DNA of 64,000 nt, from contig CAWIQQ010000002.1 in assembly GCA_963838355.1 (NCBI GenBank), positions 2,827,831 to 2,891,830 of the forward strand. Reading direction: 5' to 3'. This stretch comes from an uncultured cyanobacterium (lineage in GTDB: Bacteria; Cyanobacteriota; Cyanobacteriia; Cyanobacteriales; Nostocaceae). How positions within the stretch are numbered: the stretch's first letter is position 1; each line of letters starts with the position of its first letter. A model generated the notes under the pieces. The model was not told the origin of the DNA and searched no databases. It saw only the letters and a list, made by a program, of their open reading frames with translations. The position numbers and the translations under genes were made by a program. Positions 41,152 to 52,404 of the stretch are shown piece by piece.

Positions 41152-43614
41152 TTACTGCTTACTGGTAACTATTTCTTTTATTACATCATTGATGGGATGT
41201 TGTTCGTCGTCAAATTCTAAAGATACTTCGCAGCGAGTTAAGGGAAAAGGTTCTAACATTTTGCCATCTTCCCAACTTTCCAATCGCCACCAAAGAGTTT
41301 GAACTATCATTTCTTTACCATCTACTATTTCAAAAGTTATTTCACCAAGGTTATTCAAACCGACAATTTCTGTACCGTGTCCTTTCTTGCTCAGAAATTC
41401 GCGGTAGTTTTTCGCCATTGATAAGTATTTTTCTAAAGCTGGCTTGCGGCTTTCTCCGGGTAATGGAGCAATTACAGAAATCGCTTCTTGATTTTCAGTT
41501 TTTGGTTTCTCTAATTCTTCGTCTTTTGATGCGAGGAAATCAATTCGATACCACCATTCGGGTTTTTTAGTAATTTCTAATTTCCGAAAACTATTTCTTT
41601 CTTTGACTAAATCAATTGTTCCTGGAATACCTTTAATTTTTAAAGGAGTAAGTTGAAATATATCTTCGACAAGAAGACTTGTATTACCAACAATTACTTC
41701 TTTTCCTTGTTTATTTTCCCATCCTAATACTTCTGCTGTTGGTAAATCGCTATTTACTCTAATAGGAATAAAACCTTGTCTGTGTGCGGAATGACTGCCA
41801 CCGATTCCCCCGACTTCATTCTTAAATGAACTGCTGGTTAATTGAGCAATTACTAATTCCGAGTTAACAACTTCGGAACTTTCAAAAGGATGTATTGCAC
41901 TATATTGCAAACGGGCACCAAAACCGTAGTGAACATCACCAGATAAAAATACTACACGACTTTTTGAATCAGGTAATGCTCGTAATGCTAATCTAGCAAT
42001 CATTCTTTCAAAGGCAGTTTTATTCAATGCCCAAGCTTCGGTATCAAAACCCCAAGCCGCATTACCAATTTTCTCGTAAAAAGTTTTGGCGATTTTTTGC
42101 AGTTTTTCTATATAAGGTACTCCAATAAAAGGACCTGGAGAAACAATAAAACTAATTTTAATATCATCTCTACGCACCTGTTTTGATATTTGTTCGTCGT
42201 AACCTTCCTTACTAATAAGTGCGGGAAAATCAAAATCTTTGCCAGGGAATTCCCGCCAAGTGCGCGTATCAAGTACTATAACTTCATAACCGGGGCCGTT
42301 AACTATATAATGCCAGGTTAACGCTGTATCGGAATGAGGTAATTTTTGCGAATTCTGTTGAATATCTGCAACGCTAGGTAAACCAATTCGTTGAGTAATC
42401 TGTTGCTCAAATATTTTATTTGTACCACCACCAACACTCCAAGCCACAGCAGCTTTGAGTAATTCCTCACCATTCGTACCTTTTTCAAACTGTTCTGGTG
42501 TATTACCCCAAGCCTGACAAATAGCACAAGCGAGCATAGCATTTTGCAAAATCCGCTTTCCCAAAGGTTGATCGAGAATGCGGGAACACCAAGCCATATT
42601 CAAATACCAATCATCGGTGATTTCATGGTCGTCGAATATCATATAGGTAGGAATATTTGCCAAAGCACGTCTCACACTTTTGAGAGTTGACCAAAATTCT
42701 TTAATATATTCAACTTCTCGATCGTAAGCTTTCCTTCGATCGTTTTTAGCTTGCCAATGCTGCGAATTCACATCATTAAAATCGGGAAAAAATTCAGCAT
42801 CAACCCACAATACATCACTCCAAGCAAACAGATGCATCGCCAAATATTCCCCGAAGGTAAATAAATGACTTTCCGCAATATCGGTTAAGTTATTTAATTT
42901 ACCAATACTTGCCGTTAAACCAGCCGTTTTAGTAGCTAAATTATTGCGTCTTCCCGGATTTAATTCTTCTTTATTTTCAACATCAGGTAATTTTTCCGAC
43001 CATCCCAAAAGCGTTTCACTCGCATCCATCAACATAAAAAGTAATACATCAGCGACATCATCAGCATAGATTTGATCGCCAGTTAAAAACAATTGATGCG
43101 GTCGTTTTTTCGCGTCTTTTTCTAAAGCTTCTTTTATCATTTTATCCACAGCAGCAAGTGCATCCAAACTTTCACCGTGGGGTTTGCGACAAGAACCGTG
43201 AATAATGCGTAAATCTTTTAAATCGCTTGGAGGTAAGGCGAAAGAAGGCAATGTATACTGAGAATAAGTAATATCTTTCAGCGAACCATCAGCAGTTAAA
43301 ATACCGGGGCTACTAAGTAATTCACCATTGCCAAAATGTAAATCGTAGAGATAATTCTCACCACTTATAAGTATATTTGAGGAAGCCTTCGCAGTCACCG
43401 CAACAACGTGTAAATTGATGCCAATTCTTGCCGTAGTTCTAGTACTTTCAAATAAGAAATTATGGTTTTTATCGAATATTGTTAAAGTGACATGACGATT
43501 TGCTTTTAAAGCCACCCATACAGTTACAGAATCCGATTCCGTGCGTCGTAAAATTGGCCCAGCAAGAACCAATGGTAGTTCTTTAATACGTTCCCTTAAT
43601 GGTGTCCATCCCAT
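41152..43614 (-). CDS. PhoD-like metallophosphoesterase, no evident signal peptide
   Basis: HGSCRKPHG, GDQIYADD, IFDDHEITDDW, SGDVH. Confidence 0.75.
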   Translation of the reverse strand: MGWTPLRERIKELPLVLAGPILRRTESDSVTVWVALKANRHVTLTIFDKNHNFLFESTRTTARIGINLHVVAVTAKASSNILISGENYLYDLHFGNGELLSSPGILTADGSLKDITYSQYTLPSFALPPSDLKDLRIIHGSCRKPHGESLDALAAVDKMIKEALEKDAKKRPHQLFLTGDQIYADDVADVLLFMLMDASETLLGWSEKLPDVENKEELNPGRRNNLATKTAGLTASIGKLNNLTDIAESHLFTFGEYLAMHLFAWSDVLWVDAEFFPDFNDVNSQHWQAKNDRRKAYDREVEYIKEFWSTLKSVRRALANIPTYMIFDDHEITDDWYLNMAWCSRILDQPLGKRILQNAMLACAICQAWGNTPEQFEKGTNGEELLKAAVAWSVGGGTNKIFEQQITQRIGLPSVADIQQNSQKLPHSDTALTWHYIVNGPGYEVIVLDTRTWREFPGKDFDFPALISKEGYDEQISKQVRRDDIKISFIVSPGPFIGVPYIEKLQKIAKTFYEKIGNAAWGFDTEAWALNKTAFERMIARLALRALPDSKSRVVFLSGDVHYGFGARLQYSAIHPFESSEVVNSELVIAQLTSSSFKNEVGGIGGSHSAHRQGFIPIRVNSDLPTAEVLGWENKQGKEVIVGNTSLLVEDIFQLTPLKIKGIPGTIDLVKERNSFRKLEITKKPEWWYRIDFLASKDEELEKPKTENQEAISVIAPLPGESRKPALEKYLSMAKNYREFLSKKGHGTEIVGLNNLGEITFEIVDGKEMIVQTLWWRLESWEDGKMLEPFPLTRCEVSLEFDDEQHPINDVIKEIVTSKQ

Positions 43615-43741
43615 CTAACTTTTGCCCCATCAACAGCTTCTTTTCTTGTTATAGCGGGTTTGGGTTAAGAAGGGATGTTAAGTTTGGATTATTTGACGAT
43701 TATTTTTTGGGGATAGGATTTTATATTAGGGGAAAATAACT

Positions 43742-43804
43742 GGCGAATAGAATTCACGGCTATATAGGCAAAATCCACGGAGGTGGGTTCAAATTAGTAT
43801 TGTA
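43742..43804 (+). repeat. Palindromic repeat R1
   Basis: Shares the 22-bp GTGGGTTCAAATTAGTATTGTA with R2; degenerate version of R2/R3. Confidence 0.6.
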
Positions 43805-43972
43805 GGCTGCGTTCAAACTGGTTGCCAGTCTCTGGCTGGGAACCCATATCTATAGGCTCTGCCTTTAAAGGCTACATTACAAGTCAGAGCCTTGTAACGA
43901 GAATAAAGTATTTTCTTAATCTCACGATATTAAAATCAATAAATAAATTGACAAACCATAAGAATTAAACCT

Positions 43973-44611
43973 ATGGCAATTCTACAAAGTAAAAACTTAT
44001 CAATAGGAGATATTCACCGTCTTTTCAACTATCAAAGACAATACAATGATTCATTCACATCATTGTTATCTCTAAAACCTTTAACCGAATTTGAACAACA
44101 AGAAATATTACAAATTCGCACGGATTTTGATAACTACATTATAGAAAGTAAAGTTTTAGAAGGATTAGTAAAAGCTTTAACAGTTTTTCCATTAATGCGA
44201 TTAGCTGGTTTTTTTCGCTCTCCCATCAAAATTGCTTTAGAAGAAAATATTGCCGATATAGTTATTGAAGACGAAGATACAAAAGTTACAGGTAGGCTGG
44301 ATATTTTAGCTGTTAATAAAGCAAAGTTGAACTCAGCTAAATCATATTTTTGGGTTTTGGTAATTGAATCAAAGAATAGCGGTATTGATGTATTTGAGGG
44401 TTTACCGCAACTGCTGACTTACGCATACGAATGTTTAGAACATCAAAAATCAGTTTGGGGTTTGACTACTAACGGCAGGGAATATCAATTTGTGTATATT
44501 CAACAGGGAAATCCTCCGATATATCAGTTAATGCCATCATTAAACTTGATAGAATCCCAGCGAGCGATTGAATTGTTGCAGGTTTTGAAAGCGATTTGTG
44601 AGTTGGGTTGA
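43973..44611 (+). CDS. PD-(D/E)xK nuclease-like protein (HsdR N-terminal-like, cyanobacterial family)
   Basis: GRLDIL...IESKN...LPQLLTYA...GLTTNG. Confidence 0.7.
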   Translation: MAILQSKNLSIGDIHRLFNYQRQYNDSFTSLLSLKPLTEFEQQEILQIRTDFDNYIIESKVLEGLVKALTVFPLMRLAGFFRSPIKIALEENIADIVIEDEDTKVTGRLDILAVNKAKLNSAKSYFWVLVIESKNSGIDVFEGLPQLLTYAYECLEHQKSVWGLTTNGREYQFVYIQQGNPPIYQLMPSLNLIESQRAIELLQVLKAICELG

Positions 44612-44634
44612 GAATTTAGCGGATTAATTTACAC

Positions 44635-44696
44635 GGCGGTTGAAACCGCAGCTACATAAGCAAAACCCACCTCCGTGGGTTCAAATTAGTATTGTA
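44635..44696 (+). repeat. Palindromic repeat R2
   Basis: GCGGTTGAAACCGC and AACCCAC...GTGGGTT double hairpin. Confidence 0.7.
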
Positions 44697-44816
44697 AGGT
44701 GCGTTACGAACGCAAGTTCTAACGCATCAAAGCCTTGATAATAATGCCTTACGCTCCGTGCCAACATCCAAAGCAACAATGGTAAGATAGATAAGTCATA
44801 CATTTTGGTAAGACTG

Positions 44817-45047
44817 ATGCAGAAAGTAACAATTACTTTAGAAGATGACATCTTGCAATTTGTAGATTCTCAATCAAAAGGCAATCGTAGCGCCTATATA
44901 AATGCTCTTTTAGCAGAATATCGTCGTCGTAATTTAGAATCGCAAATGATTACTGCTCTACAAGAGGATGCCCAAGACTCAGATTATCAGGCTGAGATTG
45001 CAGTTTGGGATACTGTTGTAGGAGATGGAATTGATGCCTCAGAATAA
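44817..45047 (+). CDS. RHH/CopG-type antitoxin
   Basis: KVTITL beta-strand, NRSAYIN helix, acidic tail WDTVVGDGI; overlaps the toxin start. Confidence 0.8.
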   Translation: MQKVTITLEDDILQFVDSQSKGNRSAYINALLAEYRRRNLESQMITALQEDAQDSDYQAEIAVWDTVVGDGIDASE

Positions 45048-45393
45048 CTTGACTTATAAACGAGGAGAAATTCGTTGGGTAAAACTCAATCCAACAGTAG
45101 GAGCAGAGGCACAAAAAACACGCCCTTGTTTAATAGTTCAAAATGACATCATGAACCAATATGGGCTATTAACTATTGTTATGCCCTTTCGACCAGGAAG
45201 TAAACAAGCTCCCTACGTAGTAAATGTTAAACCAACTCCTACAAATGGATTAGATAAAGAACGTTTTATTGATGTAGGACAAATTCGGGCTGTGGATTAT
45301 CGTGGTATTTTAGGTAAGGTTGGTGTATTAGAAGAAGAATATTGGGAATCTATACGTACTGCTTTAGATATTGTTACGGGATTTGGATTATAA
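45034..45393 (+). CDS. mazF: MazF/PemK-family endoribonuclease toxin
   Basis: RGEIRWVKLNPTVGAEAQKTRPCLIVQND, QIRAVD. Confidence 0.85.
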   Translation: MPQNNLTYKRGEIRWVKLNPTVGAEAQKTRPCLIVQNDIMNQYGLLTIVMPFRPGSKQAPYVVNVKPTPTNGLDKERFIDVGQIRAVDYRGILGKVGVLEEEYWESIRTALDIVTGFGL

Positions 45394-45408
45394 AACTTCA
45401 TTAAGCAT

Positions 45409-45586
45409 ATGGCAATTCTCCTGCATTAAAAATTTATCAATAGGAGATATCCACCGTCTTTTCAACTATCAAAGGCAATACAATGATTCATTCACATCAT
45501 TGTTATCTCTAGAACCTTTAACTGAATTAGAACTACAAGAAATATTACAAATTCGCACGGATTTTGATAACTATATTATAGAAAGT
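45409..45586 (+). pseudogene. Truncated, frameshifted copy of the 5' end of 43973-44611
   Basis: About 177-bp near-identical to 43973-44149; one extra base gives TAA at codon 7; ends just before R3. Confidence 0.85.
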
Positions 45587-45600
45587 TTTTGATTTTACCT

Positions 45601-45647
45601 GGCGGTTGAAACCGCGTCTACACAGGCAAAACCCACCTGCGTGGGTT
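45601..45647 (+). repeat. Palindromic repeat R3
   Basis: GGCGGTTGAAACCGC...CAAAACCCACCTGCGTGGGTT, near-identical to R2. Confidence 0.75.
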
Positions 45648-45928
45648 AAGAATCAGCGTCGTAAAAGCTACGCAAAGCCCCCCTTTTTAAGGGGGGTTGG
45701 GGGGATCTCCATGTCTGGAATAAATCCGAATAAACTGACTAAGACTTGTAATTTCATCGCTACAACCTGGGAAGAATAATAAGAGAAATTTTCACAACCA
45801 CAAAAGTCTAACTTTTTATTGTGGCTCGCTTTTATATAACCAATGAAAATCCAATCGGCAATTCTAGCCATATTTATTATCTTCTTATCCGCTTGTCAAG
45901 ATTGTAATGCCAAAAAAACCTAAATCAC

Positions 45929-46954
45929 CTAATACCGAATCCTCGGATCGACATAAGCATTCAAAATATCAATCAAAATACTCGCTGCAACAACAATTGT
46001 CCCAAAAAATATCATAATTCCCTGCACCGTAGGATAATCCCTTTCGCTAATTCCTTGAAACAATCTATTCGCCAATCCCGGCCACGAAAATGTTACTTCG
46101 GTTAATACTGCTCCACCAAGTAACGAAGCGAAAGTTAATCCCAATACAGTAATCACCGGAATCAATGCATTTCTCAAAGCGTGGGAAAACAAAATCTTTC
46201 TTTCTTGAATTCCCCTTGCTCTTGCTGCTTCTACATAATCCGACTGCATGGTTTGCTGCAAATTTACCCGCACAATCCGCTCGAAAATACCGCTGAGTAA
46301 TATTCCCAAGGTACAGCAAGGCAATATTAGATATTGTATGGCTGTAAAAAACTGACCAAAATTACCGCTTAAAAGACTATCTATTGTATATAACCCGGTA
46401 AAACCTTCTGGTGAACCCATAGTTGCTGGAAATCTTGTTCCCAAAGGAAACCAACCCAACCAAACTGCGAAGATTAACTGTAGTATCATTCCTGCCCAAA
46501 ACATCGGTAGAGCATAAGTAATAGTACCGAATAATCTTCCACCTAGATCGAGAGCAGTACCCGGACGAGAAGCTGAAATAGTACCGACACCAATACCAAC
46601 CACCAAAGCAACTATAATCGCGAATATTGCTAATTCCGCCGTAGCTGGGAAATAATCCCAAATAATCTCCCAAACTTTCTGTCCGCGACTGGTTGTAGAT
46701 TCGCCCATATCCAAGACAAGCAACTTACCCAAGTAATTAAAATATTGCAGCCACAAAGGTAAATCTAAACCTAATTGCGTCCGTAATTCTTCCTTCGCAC
46801 TTTCCGGCGCACGTCCACCCAAAATAGCATCAACCGGATCTCCAGGTGTCGCTCTAAGTAATAGAAAAACTATAGTAACAATAGTCAGAATTTGCAGCGG
46901 AGCCAGCAACAAACGAGTAGTAACGTAATACGCTAAAGCTTTTGAACGGGACAT
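45929..46954 (-). CDS. Peptide/nickel ABC transporter permease (DppB/OppB family)
   Basis: PGDPV, DYVEAARARG EAA loop, TEVTFSWPGL, RDYPTVQG. Confidence 0.9.
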   Translation of the reverse strand: MSRSKALAYYVTTRLLLAPLQILTIVTIVFLLLRATPGDPVDAILGGRAPESAKEELRTQLGLDLPLWLQYFNYLGKLLVLDMGESTTSRGQKVWEIIWDYFPATAELAIFAIIVALVVGIGVGTISASRPGTALDLGGRLFGTITYALPMFWAGMILQLIFAVWLGWFPLGTRFPATMGSPEGFTGLYTIDSLLSGNFGQFFTAIQYLILPCCTLGILLSGIFERIVRVNLQQTMQSDYVEAARARGIQERKILFSHALRNALIPVITVLGLTFASLLGGAVLTEVTFSWPGLANRLFQGISERDYPTVQGIMIFFGTIVVAASILIDILNAYVDPRIRY

Positions 46955-47324
46955 AGAATTTGTTAGTTGATAGTTGTTAGTTGTTAGGAATGGGCATGGG
47001 ATATTTGTTTTTTGATAATTATAATTATTTATCTAGAAACTTCTCAAATGTTTAAATTTGTAGTGCGAGCATCTTGCTCGCTTGAGACATACAAGATTGC
47101 AAAATGTTTGCCAGAGCCGGACACGTTATGAAAACCTCACTACCCAATTCAATCTATTAAGTATTTTTTAATCTGAAAGTCTCGATATATTTACATATTT
47201 AAACTTTATTCAGTCCTGTTTTAGAGGACTTTCGCTGTTAGACGGCGGTTTGCAACCGTCAACGGATTGGGGTTTATTTTTCCAATGCCCAATTATCAAT
47301 TACCCATGCCCCATGCCCTATTCC

Positions 47325-48962
47325 CTATTTTTTAATATTCTTATATATCAAATTCTGGGTAGCGTCTAATCCCACACCAGTAATTCCGTTTTGAGCAAAT
47401 ACATAGTCTTTACTTTGCCACAAAGGAACATAGGGTACTTCTCTGGCTAATATTTCTTGAATTTCTGCAAAGATTTGCTCGCGTTTTTCTGGATCTTGTT
47501 CTTCCCTTTCTTTGTTTATTAATTGGTTCATTTGCTGACTGTAGAAAAACGAACCTTGACTTTGACTTCCTCCTTTTTCACATCCTTTTTCTGGCGAACC
47601 TTGTTCGCATGATAAAAATGGCTGAATGTAATTATCTGCATCCAAAAAGTCAGGATACCAATCTAGTAAAAATGCTGGATATAAACCTTTACCAATATTT
47701 TTGAACGCGGATGTAGATTCAACTGTATTCACTTCAAATACCAACATTCCATCCATTGTTTTTTTAGCTAGAGCGTCCAAAACCAAAGCTGTTAAACTGC
47801 GAGTTGCCGAACTTGAAGGATACCAAATTTCTACTACAGCGGGATTCTCTTGGGAAAAACCTGCTTTTTTCAATAATTCTTTGGCTCTTTCGGGATTACC
47901 CCCTTTACCGTATTTTTCTTTAAATACTGGTTTGTAAACATCAAAGGTTGTCGGAATCATACTATAAACTTCTTCCGCTTGACCGTATAATACTCTGTCA
48001 TATATTAATTTACGGTCAATCATTGCGGCGATCGCCTGTCTTACTTCTACTTTATCTAAGGGTTTTTGATTCCGGTTTAATGTTAAATAACTAACTACGC
48101 TACCTTCGTTGGGAATTGCTAACCATTTACCTTCCCTTGACATTTTCTCCAAACTGGTAATTTGATCGGGATCTAAAGCCACATAAGCAACATCCACGCC
48201 TTGTTTGCGGAAATTGTTGTACAAATTCACTCCACTGCTTAGAATCTGCACGTTTACACCCTTATTAGCGGGTTTTTCTCCCCAATATTGCTCGAATACA
48301 TCAAATGTCAGCGAATCCGTGCCAAAATTAGTTAGTTTATAAGGTCCAGTTCCGACAAATTTATTTGGTTCAAATTTCCCCTCACCTATTTCATATGCTT
48401 TGGGAGAAAGCGCGGGAACTCCAGCAAAAGCCAGCAATGAAGTAAAGGCTGCAAAAGGTTGTTTTAATTTAATTGTTAATTCATAATCACCCGTGGCTTT
48501 TACCGATTCCACGCTATCGGAGAGTAAAAAAGATGGCTTACCTTTATTTTCAATAAAGCGACGTAAACTAAACTCCATCGCCTTAGCATCAAACTTCGTA
48601 CCGTCGTGGTACACCACACCCTGACGAATGGGAATAGTATAAATTAAACCATCATCGCTAATCGTAGGTAATGCCGTAGCCAGTTCCGGCTTGAGTTCCG
48701 TACTTCCAGATGGATAAGTGTAAAGGCGATCGCTCATGTTATAAACCAACGACAGCGAAGACAACTCATAAGCATCTGCCGGATCGAGAGTACGCGGTTT
48801 TGCCGTAGTACCGATGGTAATCCGACCATTTCCAGAAGCAGAAGCAGAGGGATTAGTAACTCGATCGCTAGCACAACTAGAAACCAGCAAAACACACATA
48901 CATAACAGGGAGAACAACAATCTAATTCGCCCCCACTGTCTTATAGATAAGGAAAAACTCAT
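47325..48962 (-). CDS. ABC transporter substrate-binding lipoprotein (family 5)
   Basis: Lipobox LVSSC, TLDPA, PELAT, GTGPY. Confidence 0.9.
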   Translation of the reverse strand: MSFSLSIRQWGRIRLLFSLLCMCVLLVSSCASDRVTNPSASASGNGRITIGTTAKPRTLDPADAYELSSLSLVYNMSDRLYTYPSGSTELKPELATALPTISDDGLIYTIPIRQGVVYHDGTKFDAKAMEFSLRRFIENKGKPSFLLSDSVESVKATGDYELTIKLKQPFAAFTSLLAFAGVPALSPKAYEIGEGKFEPNKFVGTGPYKLTNFGTDSLTFDVFEQYWGEKPANKGVNVQILSSGVNLYNNFRKQGVDVAYVALDPDQITSLEKMSREGKWLAIPNEGSVVSYLTLNRNQKPLDKVEVRQAIAAMIDRKLIYDRVLYGQAEEVYSMIPTTFDVYKPVFKEKYGKGGNPERAKELLKKAGFSQENPAVVEIWYPSSSATRSLTALVLDALAKKTMDGMLVFEVNTVESTSAFKNIGKGLYPAFLLDWYPDFLDADNYIQPFLSCEQGSPEKGCEKGGSQSQGSFFYSQQMNQLINKEREEQDPEKREQIFAEIQEILAREVPYVPLWQSKDYVFAQNGITGVGLDATQNLIYKNIKK

Positions 48963-49417
48963 AGCGGTACTGTATTAGATTGGTAAATTAAAATAAGCGG
49001 TGAGATATTTTACTATATGTTTGACAATATCTCTACGTTTTGAGGTCGAAAGTAAAAGGTAAAAGGTTAGGAGTTAGGAGTGATAAGTTAAGAGTTCTTG
49101 CCTCCTTGTCCCCCATCTACCCATCTCCCCCTCTCTGCCCATGCCCAATGCCCCATCCGCAATTCCCAATCCTTAATTATTTTGCGAATAAAGAATATTA
49201 GAAGCAGAAAATTAAACAAATTTATCTTAAACTACCAATTTAATGGCAAGAGGTTTGATAAGCTTTTCTCGGGTCTTAGGTTTCGATTGGATCTGTACAA
49301 GTAGTGGTAAGAAAGTCACCTCGTTAGTTATATGGGTATACGAATACAAACAAATACCAGGTTTAAAACAATTAACCTTTAACCTTTAACCTTTAACCTC
49401 TAAATGGGATATTAAAC

Positions 49418-49753
49418 GTGAAATATTTTTTCTTATCGGATGGTTGGAAAGTTGGTAGAGTATGGGCTTTTGACGGGCTGTGGCAAGTATCGGCATGGCG
49501 AAGACATCCAGAAATTGAACGATTAAATCTTTGCCTGGTGGAAGAAGAGGAAGTGATGTGGCTTTATCAAGTTGAAGAAGCTATTATCACGGTGGAAGTT
49601 CAACCAGTATTATCTGTACCTAGAGAGACACCACCTCAAAATATCGGGCAAGTAGTTTTAAAGCGTCTAATTAGCGCCGAACAAGTCATCCAACGCTTGG
49701 GAAATGCTTCTGCTAAATGCCTATTGCAAGATATGCACTCAGTTGTAAAGTAA
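49418..49753 (+). CDS. Hypothetical protein
   Basis: 111-aa ORF starting MKYFFLSDGW, protein-like composition, no recognised domain. Confidence 0.6.
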   Translation: MKYFFLSDGWKVGRVWAFDGLWQVSAWRRHPEIERLNLCLVEEEEVMWLYQVEEAIITVEVQPVLSVPRETPPQNIGQVVLKRLISAEQVIQRLGNASAKCLLQDMHSVVK

Positions 49754-50487
49754 CATCGGTCGATTTTAGATTTTAGTTTTAGATTTTAGATTTAATTTCT
49801 ATTCGCGATCGACTGTACCTGAGCCACACTTGTGGTAAATGGCAATTGGTATTAAGAATAATCCGGTGCATCAATTCCTGCATTTATGACGATAAGTAGT
49901 CAAATAAAATTATTTTATATTTACTATTGAGTTATATAACTGTTCCCCATTCCCTATTGCCCATTGCCTACCCAGACGAAATGCTTCATTGAATGTTGGC
50001 ACAAGTAATTATATTTCCTCTTCATCAAAAATCTTTTCGCTTCTTCTTCAAAAAAATAGAGCAATACAAAATTTAATAGCTAAGAAAGAAGATTTGGCGA
50101 TCGCAGATGTTATTAACTAGTTTATACATTTTATTAAGTGTAAACACTTATGGAATTACGAGTTATATAAATTTGGTTTTTTATGAGAGAAGTTATTAAA
50201 ATTAACACTTTTACTGGCTACAGCGACCCATATTAGAAGTCACTTTTAAGTATTATCATATTCGCGGCTGTTACCGGATATCGGTGTCAAGCCTGCTGTT
50301 AACACTCTTGCAAACAGTTCCATCAATAGTTACACTTTTTAAAACATTCTCATTTTCAATATGGCAATTTCGACCTCCGTGGAAGTTATTTCTAAGGAGG
50401 CTGGATGTTATGTTGACAGTTTGCTAATAACAAAAACTCCCAAGCAAAAAGTTTGTAAACATAATTTATCTAGGAGGAGCGTAGTCG

Positions 50488-52020
50488 ATGGGACTACCCT
50501 GGTACCGAGTACATACAGTCGTTCTGAACGATCCAGGACGGCTTATTTCTGTACATTTAATGCACACAGCCTTGGTAGCTGGCTGGGCTGGTTCGATGGC
50601 TTTATACGAACTAGCTATTTTCGATCCTTCAGACCCCGTACTAAACCCAATGTGGCGGCAAGGGATGTTTGTACTTCCCTTTATGGCACGTTTAGGCGTT
50701 GTTGAATCTTGGGGTGGTTGGAGCGTTACTGGCAATCCTACTGGCGACCCTGGTTTTTGGTCGTTTGAAGGTGTAGCAGCAGCTCACATCGTTCTTTCTG
50801 GTTTGTTATTCTTAGCTGCCGTTTGGCACTGGGTTTACTGGGATTTGGAACTATTCCAAGATCCCCGCACTGGCGAACCTGCTTTGGATTTACCAAAAAT
50901 GTTTGGTATCCACCTTTTCTTATCCGGTCTTCTTTGCTTTGGTTTTGGTGCTTTCCATCTAACCGGCTTATTTGGCCCAGGTATGTGGATTTCTGACCCT
51001 TATGGATTAACGGGTCATATACAACCAGTAGCTCCGGAATGGGGACCTGCGGGCTTTAACCCGTTTAACCCTGGTGGTGTTGTAGCACACCACATCGCTG
51101 CTGGTATTGTCGGAATTATTGCTGGTTTGTTCCACTTGACTGTACGACCTCCCGAAAGGCTTTATAAAGCACTACGGATGGGTAACATTGAAACCGTACT
51201 TTCAAGTTCCATCGCAGCAGTATTTTTCGCAGCATTCGTAGTTGCCGGTACCATGTGGTACGGTAGCGCCACAACTCCAGTAGAATTATTTGGCCCAACT
51301 CGCTATCAATGGGACCAAAATTACTATCACCAAGAAATTGACCGTCGCGTTCAAGCTAGTCTTGCTGCGGGTGCTTCCGAAGAGCAAGCTTGGTCGAGAA
51401 TACCTGAAAAACTCGCTTTTTATGACTACGTAGGTAACAGTCCCGCTAAAGGTGGTTTGTTCCGTACTGGTCAGATGAATAAAGGTGCGGGGATAGCGGA
51501 ATCTTGGTTGGGACATCCAGTATTCAAAGATGGTGAAGGACGAGTATTAGACGTGCGTCGTCTTCCTAACTTCTTTGAAACATTCCCCGTAATTCTCACC
51601 GATGCTGATGGTGTTATCCGCGCTGATATTCCCTTCCGTCGTGCAGAATCCAAATACAGTTTCGAGCAAACTGGTGTAACTGTAAGCTTCTACGGTGGAG
51701 ATTTAAATGGTCAAACATTTGATGACCCCGTAAAAGTTAAGGAATATGCTCGTAAAGCTCAATTGGGCGAACCTTTTGAGTTTGATACTGAAACCTTGAA
51801 TTCTGATGGTGTATTCCGTACCAGTCCTAGAGGTTGGTTTACATACGGACACGCTGTATTTGCGCTATTGTTCTTCTTCGGTCATATCTGGCATGGTTCT
51901 CGGACAATTTACCGAGATGTATTTGCTGGTGTTGATGCTGACATGGAAGAGCAAGTGGAATGGGGTAGATTCGCCAAAGTGGGTGATAAATCTACTCGTA
52001 CAACCAGAGAAACAGCTTAA
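50488..52020 (+). CDS. psbB: Photosystem II CP47
   Basis: [19 protein letters not shown] and all conserved CP47 segments. Confidence 0.99.
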   Translation: MGLPWYRVHTVVLNDPGRLISVHLMHTALVAGWAGSMALYELAIFDPSDPVLNPMWRQGMFVLPFMARLGVVESWGGWSVTGNPTGDPGFWSFEGVAAAHIVLSGLLFLAAVWHWVYWDLELFQDPRTGEPALDLPKMFGIHLFLSGLLCFGFGAFHLTGLFGPGMWISDPYGLTGHIQPVAPEWGPAGFNPFNPGGVVAHHIAAGIVGIIAGLFHLTVRPPERLYKALRMGNIETVLSSSIAAVFFAAFVVAGTMWYGSATTPVELFGPTRYQWDQNYYHQEIDRRVQASLAAGASEEQAWSRIPEKLAFYDYVGNSPAKGGLFRTGQMNKGAGIAESWLGHPVFKDGEGRVLDVRRLPNFFETFPVILTDADGVIRADIPFRRAESKYSFEQTGVTVSFYGGDLNGQTFDDPVKVKEYARKAQLGEPFEFDTETLNSDGVFRTSPRGWFTYGHAVFALLFFFGHIWHGSRTIYRDVFAGVDADMEEQVEWGRFAKVGDKSTRTTRETA

Positions 52021-52172
52021 TTGCATTTGAACCACTTCTAAGTAAAGAAGTGTTAAGAATGGTCGCGAAATAAAACTAAAATTCATAATTTAGCTTATTT
52101 TTTGCGACCATTATCTCCTGTAGCTTGGTAAACTAATAATTGCAGGCTGATAGTCAGCAGGAACTTAAAGAT

Positions 52173-52280
52173 ATGGAAAGCGTTGCATACATTTTGATTT
52201 TGGCTTTAGCGATCGGCACCCTATTTTTTGCGATCGCCTTTCGCGAACCTCCTCGGATTGAAAATAAAGAGGAAAAATAA
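52173..52280 (+). CDS. psbT: Photosystem II PsbT (not in ORF track)
   Basis: MESVAYILILALAIGTLFFAIAFREPPRIENKEEK, 35 aa, directly after psbB. Confidence 0.95.
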   Translation: MESVAYILILALAIGTLFFAIAFREPPRIENKEEK

Positions 52281-52337
52281 GAAAACATTTTGTTAATGCC
52301 GAAATTCGCGGCAAAAGGCAAAAATATAAATCATAAT

Positions 52338-52383
52338 TAACCGTTGCTACCGATATTTAAGGGATAGCAGCGGTTATTTTTAT
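52338..52383 (+). terminator. Terminator after psbT
   Basis: TAACCGTTGCTA...TAGCAGCGGTTA stem followed by a T run. Confidence 0.65.
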
Positions 52384-52404
52384 ATTTAGAGAGAGGGGGG
52401 AGAG

